Shown here piece after piece: positions 12,549 to 25,671 of a DNA stretch of 64,000 bases. Both the position numbers and the translations under genes were made by a program. The notes under the pieces are model-generated. The model saw nothing but the letters and a program-made list of their open reading frames with translations. It did not search any database and was not told the DNA's origin. Every line of letters starts with the position of its first letter. The first letter of the stretch is position 1. Source of the stretch: Saccostrea cucullata (taxonomy: Eukaryota); contig NW_026931334.1 of assembly GCF_032062105.1 (NCBI RefSeq), positions 310,001-374,000 on the forward strand, given 5' to 3'.

Positions 12549-14647
12549 GTGGTAACGCACTTTGAAAAAAATTAAGCACTTTGAAAAAAAGATTTCAAAG
12601 GGCGTTAAAATTTTGACAAAATCAACACACTTTGAAAATTTTTTTGTGTTAAGATTGTACACCAACATTTTTTACTATGGGTACATTTAACGCACTTTGA
12701 AAAAAATATGTATAAAACAAAAAATTCTAGTCTTAGATCTTAGTAGTTGAGAGAATCAATTTGTAATAAATATATCTTTCGAAAAACCTTTTAATTTACA
12801 TGTATTGATTTACCCTCATTGAGAACAAGGAGAAGACGAGTACATGTAGAAGGTCTCTCAGCCCAACTCTTTTTGGGGGGGGGAGTTGAACTATGTTCAA
12901 TCTCCCATGGTCATCACGCATTTAACATGCGCAGTAATTTGTGTTGATTATATAGAGCCGAAAGCGAGGCTACTGTGTCGACCGATTTACTCCGATGACA
13001 TTCAACAGAAAACATGCATAAACATCCGCCACAAATAGTTCATGTCATTTTCTCCTGAATTGATCTAATTTTTTTCATAATTTGAAATATAAGTAAATGT
13101 AATGATAAAGTAATCTTATTTTGAATATTAGATTTCGTTCAAAGTAAAAACTAAATTATAAAGAACCTCAAAAGTTTTTCGTTATGGAACTCATTTTTAG
13201 TGTAGCGTCATACACTGAAAGAGATACGAACGACAACTCTACATACTGACGGCAAGCGGTAAATCTAGTCTTCCCGACGCCCGACGGTCCCGGATTTTTA
13301 GCAATTTCTTTTTTACCAGCGCACAGAATTTATTCAAACTTTTCATGAACATTTTCTTGGTTTAAATGAATTCATTAATGCATAAAAACTTTAGGAAACA
13401 TGCGTATTTATTACTAAATCAGCAGTATCACCTGCCAAAAGCGGTAAATCTAGTACTCTGTTATAAATGTTAAAACCACAAACGGACATCGATGTTTTCG
13501 TAAAATCGCGATTAAAAACAACAAAATGAAGTATATTTTTTTTAATAAACGGAAAACCTCATTTACATACCAGATAATGTGTACGCACACAAACTCTCAC
13601 ATATATGTACCACTGTTTTTATGTTTGGTCATTAAATATTTGTTTTTAACTTGGTATTGCTTTTTTCTTCACAATATTAAAATAGATTAAGTTTTGACGT
13701 ACTCCATATATAATGTTCGTGTAATTGACATACATTTATATTCACAGAAAAGTTTTATATAACAAACCTATTAACTCTTAAAAGGATGCTGTGTTAAAAT
13801 CCACATTTTATCAACATTGATATTACTCCTGCGAAACTGAAATTTTCGTAACACATGGGTAAAGGTGCCAAGGAAAAATATATTACAAATTTGAAGACTG
13901 TGAGCAGTGAATTATATAAATGATCAACCGCCTCTAATATGAATATAATGGCAGTGTCCATGTTTTGCAATGGGAAACCCAAAATATGTGTAGGATGAAA
14001 AAGTAATAGAAGGTGCACAACGGCAATATGTAATTAAGATTCTATGAAAATTTCGTTCAGTTCCACTGTTGTGTAAGAGGAGTTGGGGATATGAGATGGG
14101 TATACCTAAAGCGTAACAAACAGATAGACGGAAATCCCAATTAATAAATACCCTCCCGCTTTTCAAGCAGGGGGTTCAAAAAAGGACTAATGTAGGCAGG
14201 CAAGCATTATGGCCCATGCATTTTTTTGCTATTCAATGTCTCTGAATGTCTTTATCAAGATTGTTGCAACTCAGAAAATCTGAAACAGTTGTGTGTATTT
14301 GAAATAATAATATTGTTCACTCACTTAACCTCCCGATCAAAGATTTTTTTACACCATGTTCAACTCCCATGAGTGCTTTCAGTACTTTGATTTCTTATAC
14401 ATAGCCGTCGGAAGCACATTGAAAGCCCCCCCCCCCCCCCCCCCCCCCAGCTTTTGCATAACTGATATGACGTTGAAAACTTTCAGTAAACTGGAAAAGA
14501 AATTACGTACAGTAAAACATTTAAGAGAAAAATCAAAATCGCTCACTTTCACATCCTGAAGTGACCTTACCATCGAAAAGTTATCCAACAGGTTCAGTTA
14601 TTTATCATGCCGAAGATTTGCATGAATACTGACCTAGGCATACACAT

Positions 14648-15404
14648 TTTTATACCCCCGCTTCGAAGGAGAGGGGGTATACTGTTTTACCCTTGTGTGT
14701 CTGTCTGTGTGTCTAGCTGTGTGTCTGTCCGTAACAAATTTTCGTCACAGTTTTCTCAGCAACTACTCTTCGTAGATGCTTGAAATTTTAACACAATCTT
14801 CTCTGCGATATGCCATACGGAGGGATACATTTTTGTTTAAATCCAATGTCAACTTCCTGTTTGTCTGTGTGTCTGTCTGTTTCATACATAAAAATTCTCC
14901 TCGCAGTTTTCTCAGCAACTACTCATCGCAGATGCTTGAAATTTTAACACAATCTTTTCCTGTTTGTCTGTGCGTCTGTCCGTTTCATATATAACAAATC
15001 TTCATTGCAGTTTTCTCAGCAACTACTCATCGCAGATGCTTAAAATTTTAACACAATCTTCCCGATGGCATGCCATACGGGTTGGATTCATTTTGGGTCA
15101 AATCCGATGTCAACTTCCTGTTTGTCTGTGCATCCCTCTGTTTCATACATAATAAATTTTCGTCGCATTTTTCTCATTAACTATTCATAGTAGATGCTTG
15201 AAATCTTAGTACACTCTTTGAACGAGAACATTGAGGCATGCCCTATGGTGGGATTAATTTTGATGTGAATCTGATGTCAACTTCATATTTTTCTGTGCAT
15301 CTGCCTGTAATTGAACTTGTGTATATTAACATGATACATGTAGTGTTTATTTACATCAGAGCCGGGGTATTACTAGTGAGCATTGGTTAACAGATTTATT
15401 GTTT
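14648..15404. mobile_element. Pearl/HINE-like non-autonomous element with internal tandem repeats
   Basis: Terminal stem-loop atacccc...ggggtat, tgtc microsatellite, about 4 copies of a core (ttttctcagcaactactc...agatgcttgaaatttta), ending ttgtt. Confidence 0.7.
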
Positions 15405-15574
15405 TTTCAAAGTGCGTTAATATGGTCAATATTCTATTCCCAAGTACATGTGTAACTTCAACTTCTATCAGTCAACATTGCAGAAATGGTACAACTGTGG
15501 ATGTGCACTACTAGTGTACTATTTGTTTTGTACAGTTGGTCTACTAGATCATAAGTTTAATGTGGGACTTGTCT

Positions 15575-15810
15575 GACTTAGAGCCAACATTGGTTCGAAT
15601 CCCACTGTGTGACGCGGAGTCCTTCGGATAAGACTGGATAAACCGAGGTCCCGTGTCACAGTCGGTGCTGGCAAGAAAAAGATCCCTCAATGCTCAATGA
15701 CCTTAAGTGACGAGTATAGGACAAAATTTGCAGCTTTCCACCGGCACTTGATGGCGTCTCCATATGAGTTAAAAATTCTCGAGAGGGAGTTAAACAATAT
15801 ACAATCAATA
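15575..15810 (+). mobile_element. tRNA-derived SINE with Deu/Nin-like central domain
   Basis: ggttcgaatccc ... taaaccgaggtcccgtgtc ... aaagatccctc ... gtctccatatgagttaaaaattctcgagaggg tail shared with the other copies. Confidence 0.75.
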
Positions 15811-15848
15811 AAGTATAAGATGAGATCTGTAATTTCTAAATACCGATG

Positions 15849-16573
15849 TTTTTATGCGCCCGGATCGGTAGATCTGAGGCGTTTATGTCCTGTCTGTCTG
15901 TCTGTTTGTTTGTTTGTCTGCAAACTTTAACCTTCGTCATAACTTTTGAACCATGAAAGGTAGAGACTTAATGTTTGGTATGCATACTACACTATTTAAA
16001 TTCTTTCAAATGATACCAAGGTCATTGACCTTGTGACCTTGACTGTGACCTATATGCTAAAAGTAGTGTCTTTGTCTGCAAACTTTAACCTACACCATAT
16101 ATAACTTTTGAACCTTGAAAGTTAGAGACTTCATATTTGGTATGCATACTCCACTAATTAAGCTCTTACAAATGACACAGGTCAATGACCTTGTGACCTT
16201 GACTGTGACCTATATGCTAAAAAAGCATTTTTGAACCTTCACAATAACGTTTTAACCATGAGAGATAGATACTTCATATTTGGTATGCGTACTCCACTTA
16301 TTAAGTTCTTTCAAATCACACCAAGCTCAATGACCTTGTGACCTTGACTGTGACTTATATGCTAAAAATAGCTTTTTCGTACCTTCGTCATTACTTTTGA
16401 ATCATAAGAGATAGAGACTTCATATTTGGTATGCATACTCCATTTATCAAGTTCTTTCAAATGACACCAAGGTCAATGACCTTGTGACCCTGACTGTGAC
16501 CTGTATGCTAAAGATAGCTTTTTTTCAAACTTTGTTGCCACCGGACGCATAGTGTTTCACAAACACATCTTGT
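15849..16573. mobile_element. Pearl/HINE-like element with about 146-159-bp tandem core
   Basis: Stem-loop, (tgtc/tgtt)n, four copies of tgaccttgtgaccttgactgtgacctatatgctaaa (16021, 16180, 16326, 16472), ending gtgtttcacaaacacatcttgtt. Related decayed pieces lie at about 4850-5330, 30270-30795 and 32930-33520. Confidence 0.75.
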
Positions 16574-16694
16574 TTTCTGTTGTGAATATGTGAAAATAAA
16601 GCTTAAAACAAGTATAAAGTATATTCTAGACATTTATTTTGAAATATATTTGAAAGAGCATATCATTTCATAGTTACTGTATTTTTTTCTATTA

Positions 16695-17261
16695 TTAAGA
16701 CAGCAACATATTGCCTGTAAACAATCGATACGTACAATACAGGTACACAATTAATGTAGGAATAAAAGTCATGATAAACCCAAAGCTCCTGTTAAAGGGA
16801 GATCGGGAATATCCTAGCCCGTAAGTTAACCGGCCAAGCAGAAACAGTCCGGATAAAACTGGAATAGCCTTCAGAGAACTAACATCCAGGATAGTGCTCA
16901 AAGCCAAAATTCCCGCCATGTGCAAAAAATACTGTTCGACATTATTTCGTAGAATTCTGTTCGGAACCTCTATCAGGTTTTCTGCTCCGCCATTGATAGG
17001 ATCAACAGCATTCGTACTCCCTCGGACTCTTAGTACCCCAAACATTGCAAATATTATGCAGAAGGAGGAAATGAACAACCACTTGACTGCAAACGCGAGG
17101 CGTCCCGCAGGGTCCTTCAGTCCGGAAGTATTTATTGGCAGTGTCCAGAAACCGAAGGTAAACAGAACTAAGCTCGTCACAATCGCCGAGAGCATCTGAA
17201 TCCGAATCCAAGGCATGTTCTCTATCAGCAGGCGGGGTTTCGTCTTCTCTTTGCTCTCCAT
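16695..17261 (-). CDS. TMEM79-like MAPEG-family membrane protein, paralogue 4 (188 aa)
   Basis: RLAFAVKW, AVDPINGGAE, NRILRNNVEQ, GRLTYGLGY...NRSFGF. Likely 5'UTR intron at 17289-17402. Confidence 0.9.
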   Translation of the reverse strand: MESKEKTKPRLLIENMPWIRIQMLSAIVTSLVLFTFGFWTLPINTSGLKDPAGRLAFAVKWLFISSFCIIFAMFGVLRVRGSTNAVDPINGGAENLIEVPNRILRNNVEQYFLHMAGILALSTILDVSSLKAIPVLSGLFLLGRLTYGLGYSRSPFNRSFGFIMTFIPTLIVYLYCTYRLFTGNMLLS

Positions 17262-18534
17262 TATGAAGTCTGGGAGGCTAAATGGTCCCTGAAAGAATTG
17301 TAAAAATAAGAATTTGTATATAAATCTATGTTAACATCATGCTGTGTCTTTTTAATGGAAGAAATTAAAAAGTTTAAATATTAGGTTTACTAAAAATCTT
17401 ACCTTAGTTAATGTTCGATGTGCAATTGCTAATGCTTAATATCCAATGAAATGGACAGTCTCTTATATCGTGCGCCGAATGCTGTAATGTAATGACCTTC
17501 GATCGGGCAGCTTCAAGCAAGTAGAGGTGACAAAGTAGAACGACACAATCATAAGTATTGTTTACATACAGGGGTTCGTCAGGGGATATCTTTTCTTATA
17601 AAGGTGAAAAAGAAGAACGCAGTGACTTTTTAAATGGCTCGTTAACGGGGAATGCGTTATGTTGAAAGGGGGATAAAGGCAAGGCCCTGAAAGCATTTTT
17701 AAAGTAAAATTCCAGTAGTTATATTCATACAAAATTTCATGTTTTCCGTAATGTTTAAGTTGTGTTTCAATTAAAAAAGAAAATATTAAAGGATAAAGTT
17801 TATTCAGAGCATTTATAGAAATCAAGGTGCGTTCCTTTCGTGACGAGAAGCTAAGGATGTCAAACGATTTAATCATACAGTGTATAAGTAAAATAAATTT
17901 ATACGATATTATTTTATAGATATAATATATAGGAAATTATATTTTGAAAACATGCTGTTACATTTATTTTATTTCTGAATAGTGCATGAAAAAAATTGAA
18001 TGAAATGTAATTGCCGATGTTGAAACAGAATAAACAATGCGATTTTTATATACCTAAAATAAAAATCATACGCAGCAGCATGGAATGCAGGATAGTTGAT
18101 CAGAGGACTTTGTGCCTTTTTGAAAGGCATAGATTTGATTCAACGTCTAAGTAAAAGTACACCCAGTCATATATTGTGTTTTTCAAATAAAAGGTTTCAT
18201 TGGTCGCCATTAACTTCCAAAGCACCTTGCGGGACAGAATTAGGAAGTTTAATTATGTAACTAATGTTGGGAATGTACCAGACTTCAACCTGACTTACGG
18301 AATCATATATAAGCATTTTGGATAATAAATTAAATTTCTTTATTTTGCTATCAAATATTTAGGCAAATTTCAAATAAATTTAAAAATACCTCCAGATATA
18401 ATAAGTTATACCTTTATGCTTATAATCATCCTATCAGAGTCTGTAAGCACCACTTTGTTTTAAATTAAATTATAAAACCAAGAAATCATAAGGATCGAAG
18501 CTCCATTATCGTAACCCATATTGTTAACATTACT

Positions 18535-18775
18535 TGATTGATTGTATGTTGCTTAACGTCCCTCTCGAGAATTTTTCACTTTAATGGAGACGCCACAACT
18601 TGCCGGTGGAGAGCTAATCGGTACTTACAGCCATTGGGCAGGGAGGGATCCTTTTCGTCCCAGCACCTACTGCGACACAGGACCCCAGTTTGTACAGTCT
18701 CATCTGAAAGACCGGTCTCCAAGTCCCACAGTTGGATTCCAGCCTGCGACGTTAACCACTGCGCCACGCGGGCGA
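18535..18775 (-). mobile_element. tRNA-derived SINE with Deu/Nin-like central domain
   Basis: Reverse-complement copy with A box tggcgcagtgg and the same central and 3' domains, ending in a (caat)n-like tail. Confidence 0.75.
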
Positions 18776-19003
18776 CAACATAACTTGTCGGTCAAAACAA
18801 TATTTAAAAACATCTTTTATTACTAGTATTAAATCGTATACATGTACATTTAATAAATGATTAATAAAATTATACTATGGATGGTGCAGCACAAATGTAT
18901 ACGATATTCAATGAACAGTGTTAGTAAAAGGGGATGATATCTTTACACGTGCAATATGTAGTAATACATGTATATGAATTACATTTTGAGATATGAGACA
19001 TTA

Positions 19004-19567
19004 CTAGAATTTTAGGAAATACGTGGTGATGAATTTATATAAAACATATCCATAGGTTGCCATTGTAGGCATAAAAGTGATGCCAAATCCGAATCCTCTA
19101 TTCATGGGTGAAGATTTGTAGCCGATGGCGAAGAAGACTCGACCAAGAAAAAATAAGACAACTAAGACTGGAATATCGGACATACAATTTTCGTCCAGAT
19201 ATGTTGTCAGTGCTAATAATCCAACTGCATGCATGGAAAACTGCTCGATTGTATTTCGTAGTATCCTGTTTGGTAGTTCCACGAGGTGTTCCGCACCTCC
19301 CTGAAGTGGGTCGATGGCTTTCGTGTTACCTCGGACATCTAACACCCCAAAGATGGCAAATAAGATCGGGAGTGAGGAGACAAACAACCACCTGAGGGTG
19401 AAAGTCAGACGGTCCTGGGGAGTTTTCAGTGTTTCCGTGTCAAGAGGAATGTTCCGGACCGTGAAGTAAACCGCAGCACAAACGGCAATGGCTCCTGCGA
19501 ATTCCTTGTAGACCCAACTCAGTTTTTTATTGTGCTCTTCCTTCTCTTTTGCATTCATCTCAGCCAT
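19004..19567 (-). CDS. TMEM79-like MAPEG-family membrane protein, paralogue 5 (187 aa)
   Basis: RLTFTLRW, AIDPLQGGAE, NRILRNTIEQ, LTTYLDE, GRVFFAIGY...NRGFGFGITFMP. 5'UTR acceptor at 19588; probable donor at 20271. Confidence 0.9.
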   Translation of the reverse strand: MAEMNAKEKEEHNKKLSWVYKEFAGAIAVCAAVYFTVRNIPLDTETLKTPQDRLTFTLRWLFVSSLPILFAIFGVLDVRGNTKAIDPLQGGAEHLVELPNRILRNTIEQFSMHAVGLLALTTYLDENCMSDIPVLVVLFFLGRVFFAIGYKSSPMNRGFGFGITFMPTMATYGYVLYKFITTYFLKF

Positions 19568-21957
19568 TGTTTACAGTTTAAAATTGTCTAGAAAAAAAAA
19601 AAGAATTTTACTGAGAGAAATACTGAGCATATCAATTACATTCATAAAAATCTATTTTTGTCCCCTGAAAGTGCGGGATGTTAATTTCGGTCCGTTCATC
19701 CGTCTGTCTGTCTATACTTCTGCCTGTAAGACCACGCGATAGCCCGAAAATTAAGCTTTTGCAATGAAAATTTAATACAACAAGCTATAATTCAGAGAAA
19801 CTGTGTCCCCGCTTAAGGAAAAAAAGACATGCTTGCGCGGATTGGGGGTGGGGGTGGTTAAGTTTTTGCAATTAAATATTATACAATGTACCATAATTCC
19901 CTAATTCCCTTTCATCCTTCTTTAAGTGCCCCCCCCCCCCTCGATCCCGCCCACCTAGATCCGCCCATCCTCTTCTTTTGCCATGGGCATGGGATACAGA
20001 TTCTCTTAATAAGCTTGTTAAAATTAATTGTGCTCACAAATTTTTCCTATTGAGTATTGTTGGATCTTGAAATATTTTTAGCAACAACAAGTTATACATA
20101 TACCGCCACAAATGTCTCTCCCCTTTTTGTATAGCTTTCCATAACTCAAGGCATTAAGCTGTTAAGTGATAGCAGGGTCATGGTAAGACAAGATATGAAA
20201 TACATGCTCGCAGTATAGCAACAGCTCTGTACTAATAAGCATCCTTAGTGCATTAAATGGATGAATCTTACCCTCCTCGTTCTGTTTATGTCCTAAAAAA
20301 TAAACTTGTGCACTGTTTGCGCTTCAGCTCCGAGGTAGGTCATTTTGATAACCTCATTGCTGTTATGAGAGTTCTAGAAAGGCCAAGAGGAACAACTCTT
20401 TTATTTTTAACTATCCGTGTCAGATCTTTATATTTTCAGAATGCATGTTGGAATTATAGTGGCCAACTTTTTTCAAGTCGAACTTCCTTAAAGTTTCACT
20501 TCCAATTTTTTCCTATATTTCTTGCTTTGTATATACTGTGGTAAATAAAAAGTGGGGGGGGGGGGGGCAACCATCTTTTCAATAGACATTTTCTATAGTA
20601 AAGGTAATGTTAGGGAAAAAAGGCCCCGTTTAGTGCATATCCCCCCCCCCCCCCCCCCGGATAGTACGTGCCTGCATTATTACACATGTTCAATCTATTG
20701 ATTTTATCATCAATCATATACATCAGTTTTCATTACGTAATGACAGGCAGCAATTTCATTTTTTTCGGGGAGGGGGCTAACAAAACTTTAAGAGCGTTCC
20801 ATAGTAGGAGCTCCTCCTTAAAATTAAACTCTTTGTTAATAACTGATTTTACGAACTGAAAACAATAAATTGTTTTTAAAAATATATATATATAATACCA
20901 GTATCATTTCTTCGCACGTATGTGTTTTGGTCAATATAATGATAATTTTAAAATTACATATAACTGTTAATATCAGTTTGGTGCTTGTTTCTTTTATGGT
21001 GAAAATTTGAAAACATTTGTTTGACAAAGTGATGTCCCCAAAATTTAAAATGAAATGGTGATATATTTAAACTGAAAAGTTGATAACAAATCGTGTACTT
21101 ACATGTATCAGAAAGAATTGCCTCAATGCAATAAATTGCCAAATAAAAATGTATTTCCTGTGAATTGATTTTCATTTATTGTATGAAATGTAGATAAGGA
21201 ACAATTATCAAGTATAAATAGTCAGCGAAATCGTGAAGAATCTAATAAATAGGTTGAATTGCAAATCCGCCTTCTATTACGCACTAGTACTATCACTTTA
21301 AAATGTTTAAATTGATGATAACGCTTTTATGCATGTATTGACAGTTTCCGAACAATGTTCGTATTTCTTCTTAAAATACTCATATAAAAATCAATGAACA
21401 ACCTGTCTTATTTATTAGCTAGTTATTTTATATCAGAAAGACCTATAAAAGTTTTTCCCCCTTAAAAAAAAATTTATATACTTCTCCTGAAGACATATGG
21501 ACGATTTTCTATATTTTATTTGGTACAAATGAAGACAAAGTGCATTCAGTGTCACTCATAGATGTAATAAAATAGTCTGAGTAATTCATTTATGGAGAGA
21601 GACGGGGTCAAGGCTAGAGCTGGGGGAGGTCCCTAAAGTAAGATACGATGTATACAGTTTTAGCTCTTCTGAGCCGGAGGCTCAAACTCAAAGAGCTAAT
21701 CCTCTTGTCATTTAATCGGTGTGCGTCATTTTTTTTTTTTTTTTTGGAATATGGGTCGTGACTTAAAAGAACCCCTTGGCGAATTTTGTCAAATCCATGG
21801 CACACTTCTCCTATTTGTGATGCGACTCTTAAACAAGGGGAGGTAATTCAGAAAAAAATTAAAACTAAAGTATTGGTAGCTTAAAAAAAATCTCAACAAC
21901 CACTGGCCTTAGAATTATAACCTTTTTAGTTGTTTCATTTTGGGTTCTCAGTTTTTC

Positions 21958-22788
21958 AGCCAGAAGGCGTCGTTGCAAACCACGACCAAAATATACGATC
22001 TTCTCCCATTCAGGAGGGAGCTATATGCAGACTCCGAACCATGGCCAGAGGATGACCAGAATGGAGATCATGATGACCTACTTTTGGAATTTCAAGGCTT
22101 TATTTTAATATACAGAATACTTATAGAGGTTTCAACCAGAAGTGACTGTTGAACAATTTATGAATTTATTTTTGGGCCTCTTCTTTTACTGTCTAACAGA
22201 AATATACATTTAAATCAATTTGAATATGCCTAAATATATGTTTACCCTCTCAATTATAGACCTTACGTCTAGAGTATTTCAATAAAATCTATCAATGCCA
22301 TACTATACATTTATTGACTGAGTTTGTTGGCAACGTTACGTTTTGTTGGTCGAAAAAAACTAAAGTGTTAGGTTGAGCCGTTAGGCCTCAGGCAAACAGT
22401 TTGATTCGAGAGGTCAACAAATTTTGTCTAAGAACACAGTCAATGAATGTTTTTTAATCTTTTATTTTTTTATTTACCTTTTATTCATTCACTTCTTCTG
22501 ATTGTATGTCGCATAGATACAAACGAATGCAAATGAGATTTAGCTGATCCCGCTCATTATGTTACGTAAGCAGTCCAACATCTCATTGTTAGGTCCAACA
22601 CCTCACTCCCCGGTTTTAGAACCGCTCAGAAAAACATTGGAAATGTTAGAGTTTTTATAGAATAGATTTTTATAGGACAATTTTTAAAGGTATAACAATC
22701 GAAATCGAAATTTCCAGTATAATTTCTTGAACTGAATGGTGACTGGGCGAAAATAACACGATAGATATAACCCCGTATACAGTAATTT

Positions 22789-22828
<40 letters not shown>

Positions 22829-22903
22829 TTGATCCATTTTGTCCGTCGTCCGTCCAGCTGTCCGTCCGTCTAGCTGTCCGTCCGTCTGTAAACTATTCAC
22901 ATG

Positions 22904-22937
<34 letters not shown>

Positions 22938-23533
22938 TAACCAAACTTAGTACAAAGCATCCTTGGGTAAAGAGGAGTTGAAATTGTTAAAATCAAGAGC
23001 CAAGTCCCTTCACAAGGGGAGATAATCAAGAAAAGACAAAAAATAGAGTGGGGTCATTAAAAAATTTCTTCTCAAGAACCACTGGGTCAGAAAAGCTAAA
23101 ATTTATGTGGAAGCATCCGTGTGTAGTGTAGATTCTAAATTTTTCAAATCACGACCCCCGGGGGTAGGGCGAGGCCACAATAGGGAACGCAAGTTTTAAA
23201 TTGAAATATATATGAAAATACTTTAAAAATCTTCTTCACAGGAACTACTGGGTCAGAAAAGCTGAAACTTATGTGGAAGCATCGTGTAGATTTTAAATTG
23301 TCCAAATTATGACCCATGTGGTAGGGTTGGGTCAGTGCAATATGTATTACAAGGGGGGAAGTTGGTAAAGAAAAACACGGTCAAAGCTACTCAGGTGAAC
23401 GATGTGGCCAGTGGGTCTCTTGTTTTATTTCCCCTTTGAAGCCATCGTCTCAAACCCCGGTCCGGACTCTTCCATACCAGAATGGGAGAGGATCGTACAT
23501 TTTAGCCGTGGTTTGCGACGATGCTTTGAGGCT
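21958..23533. mobile_element. Non-autonomous TIR element (about 55-bp imperfect TIRs, AGCC...GGCT) carrying nested insertions
   Basis: 21958-22011 (agccagaaggcgtcgttgcaaaccacgaccaaaatatacgatcttctcccattc) is an imperfect reverse complement of 23480-23533 (gaatgggagaggatcgtacattttagccgtggtttgcgacgatgctttgaggct). Confidence 0.6.
22791..23424. mobile_element. Pearl/HINE-like element with about 160-bp oyster-type satellite core
   Basis: agctcacctgagccgaaggctcaagtgagct hairpin, (gtcc)n microsatellite, repeated cttctcaagaaccactggg (about 22911, 23068, 23233), ending caggtgaacgatgtggccagtgggtctcttgtt. Confidence 0.78.
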
Positions 23534-24774
23534 TTGTCTTTTAAAATTTGAATAGGAGAATGAAATGAATTAACATCCACTGTGTGTGAGTTATTGTTAT
23601 CACACCTTCCATACTGAAATTTTGTAGATAAATGAGGAAATGTTACCCTCACCCTTTATTTTGGGATACATGTATATTGATATTGATTTGCAGGGACATG
23701 TTTCTTTTCGGTTTTTTTGTTTAGTGTGGCTGATCCGTTTCATTGAATTAATTCAATTTCAATTTATCAAATTTTCTTTGAATATTTATTATTTACTTTT
23801 TACATTGCATATTTTTTTTTTTACTTTAACAGCTCCATTAATGTAATGTGATGAGAATTATAACTCAAAATTTTAATGATTTTATTCTTTGTGCACATAC
23901 TTTCATTATTTTCTATTCACTTACATTTGCTACTTTCCCTATTACATTTATCTTGATTACTAGCAATATTGTTCATAAATACATAAATATGGGTTTATGA
24001 CACCAGTCCTGGGCAGTTTGGATGAGCAGATCTAGGTTATTTCATTTTATAAGGAGAATGGTCTGTGAGAATGTTTATCTAGTATCATATAGTTACGATG
24101 TTTCAGTCATTCGCCTCGTCATTTAAATACTACTTATACAAACTGTGTAAATACCTTTCAATTTCCTCGTTAGAGAATTTCGAGATGCTATTTACTGCTT
24201 CACTCAAATTCCACATACAGGAATAGGATTACAAAGATACGGTAGCTCAAATAAATCTTTCATGCTCTGATATCATATTTATAGTTATCTCTCACTAATC
24301 GCCTTCGCCCATCAAAACTGAGGCCTTCTTAATGAAGTGTCCTACAATTAATGCCCAAGTGTCCGAGAAAATACCAAAAAGAGTGTCATTTGAGGACCGA
24401 CACTTGATCTCGCTTGCATTCAACCAACAAATTGTGGGTTATTCGGGCATATATTTATTTAAAAATGCAAACATCCCTTACTCGGGCTGGGATCTTAATC
24501 CAGCACTTCAGTACTTGTAGTGCATTCTTCAGTGACAAAATTATTGTCGTCTGTGTTTTGGTTTCAATGCGTAAATGCTGTATAACCGGGCAATGAAGCC
24601 AGAATTAAAACATGCCAATGTTATTTACATATTATCACACATAATTGTCAATCTAAATGGTTCAACATCTTAGTGAAATTTTTATTTTACCATAGTTTTT
24701 ATCATGTTAGATATCTAATAAAATATTTTTCTTCTAAAACCTCATGCTACTAGTATTTCACATTTTGGATTTAA

Positions 24775-25053
24775 GTCGCTTGGCGCAGTGGTTAGAGCAT
24801 CTGCTCGTGCTGTAAGGAGTTGTTCTTGACGTCGCAGGTTTGAATCCCTCCTCGGGACGTGGAAAACCGTCGTTTGGATGAGATTGTATAAACCGAGGTC
24901 CAGTGTCGCAGTATAGATGCTGGCACGAAAAAGATCCCTCACTGTTCAATGGCCCTGAGTGCCGAGCATACTCAGTATGTCATTATTGCAGCTCCCCATC
25001 GGAAAGTGACGTCTCCAATATGAGTGAAAAATTCTCGAGAGGTTAAACAACAA
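24775..25053 (+). mobile_element. tRNA-derived SINE with Deu/Nin-like central domain (near full length)
   Basis: A box tggcgcagtggttagagc and B box ggtttgaatccc, then ggatgagattgtataaaccgaggtcc...aaagatccc, which resembles the Deu/Nin domain of AmnSINE/DeuSINE. Confidence 0.8.
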
Positions 25054-25671
25054 AGAAATATTTTTTAAAAAACTCTTTATCCTACACTGATGAGAAAAAC
25101 TGAATCTGAGATATGTGCGGCAATATATCAAGTTGTATTTGTTGACCATGCTGAAATCACTCTTTCTGCACGATGCTCTAATCACTATGTCACACATAAC
25201 ATGTATTATAAAAATTTAATTTTTGATAAGATATCAGATGAATAATTGTTCATGCAAAAGTAAACGTCATTGAGGTCCAAAAGTCATATTTACCTGAGAT
25301 TTGTTATTTCTGCGAATTTGAATTGTGTCATGTGACCTTCAGTCTGGTAAAAGAAGTATTTCGAGATGGCCCGTAGTATGCATATCTGTATGTGAATGTA
25401 TTCAGCACTTTTCTTAAATACAAATGCAATTTTCTAAGCTTTAAAAATTCCTCCTCTGTACTCTTAATTTCTTTTTTTTGCACATCTCTGTTCCATATGA
25501 AACGAAATAAACATACCAAAATTGGGTGTTTATGTCTGTCCCAATTCTGATTGGTGGAGGGAACCACACACACTGTTTTGCTCCCGATTAACAGATGTTA
25601 CTTCGCATTCGGTCAAGGCTCTGCGTGTAATCTGTCGAAAGTTTTTGTGCAGGACATACTGAAAATTCACA

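Noticed and set aside
12553-15420. One large DNA transposon bounded by aacgcactttgaaaaaa repeats and their inverse at about 15403
   Set aside because: No definable termini, TSD or transposase remnant; the motif repetition is real but the boundaries cannot be supported.
6501-19395. Plus-strand ORFs overlapping the MAPEG genes (6501, 6518, 7495, 9976, 16894, 19108)
   Set aside because: Antisense shadows of real coding sequence; their mutual similarity just mirrors the paralogues.
21940-22152. Exon-like ORF (QKASLQTTTKIYDLLPFRRELYADSEPWPEDD...) after a pyrimidine tract and AG
   Set aside because: Its first 55 bp are an inverted repeat of 23480-23533, i.e. a transposon TIR, and no partner exons were found.
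24775-24860. tRNA gene (A and B boxes present)
   Set aside because: No clean cloverleaf; it continues into the SINE body shared by four copies.
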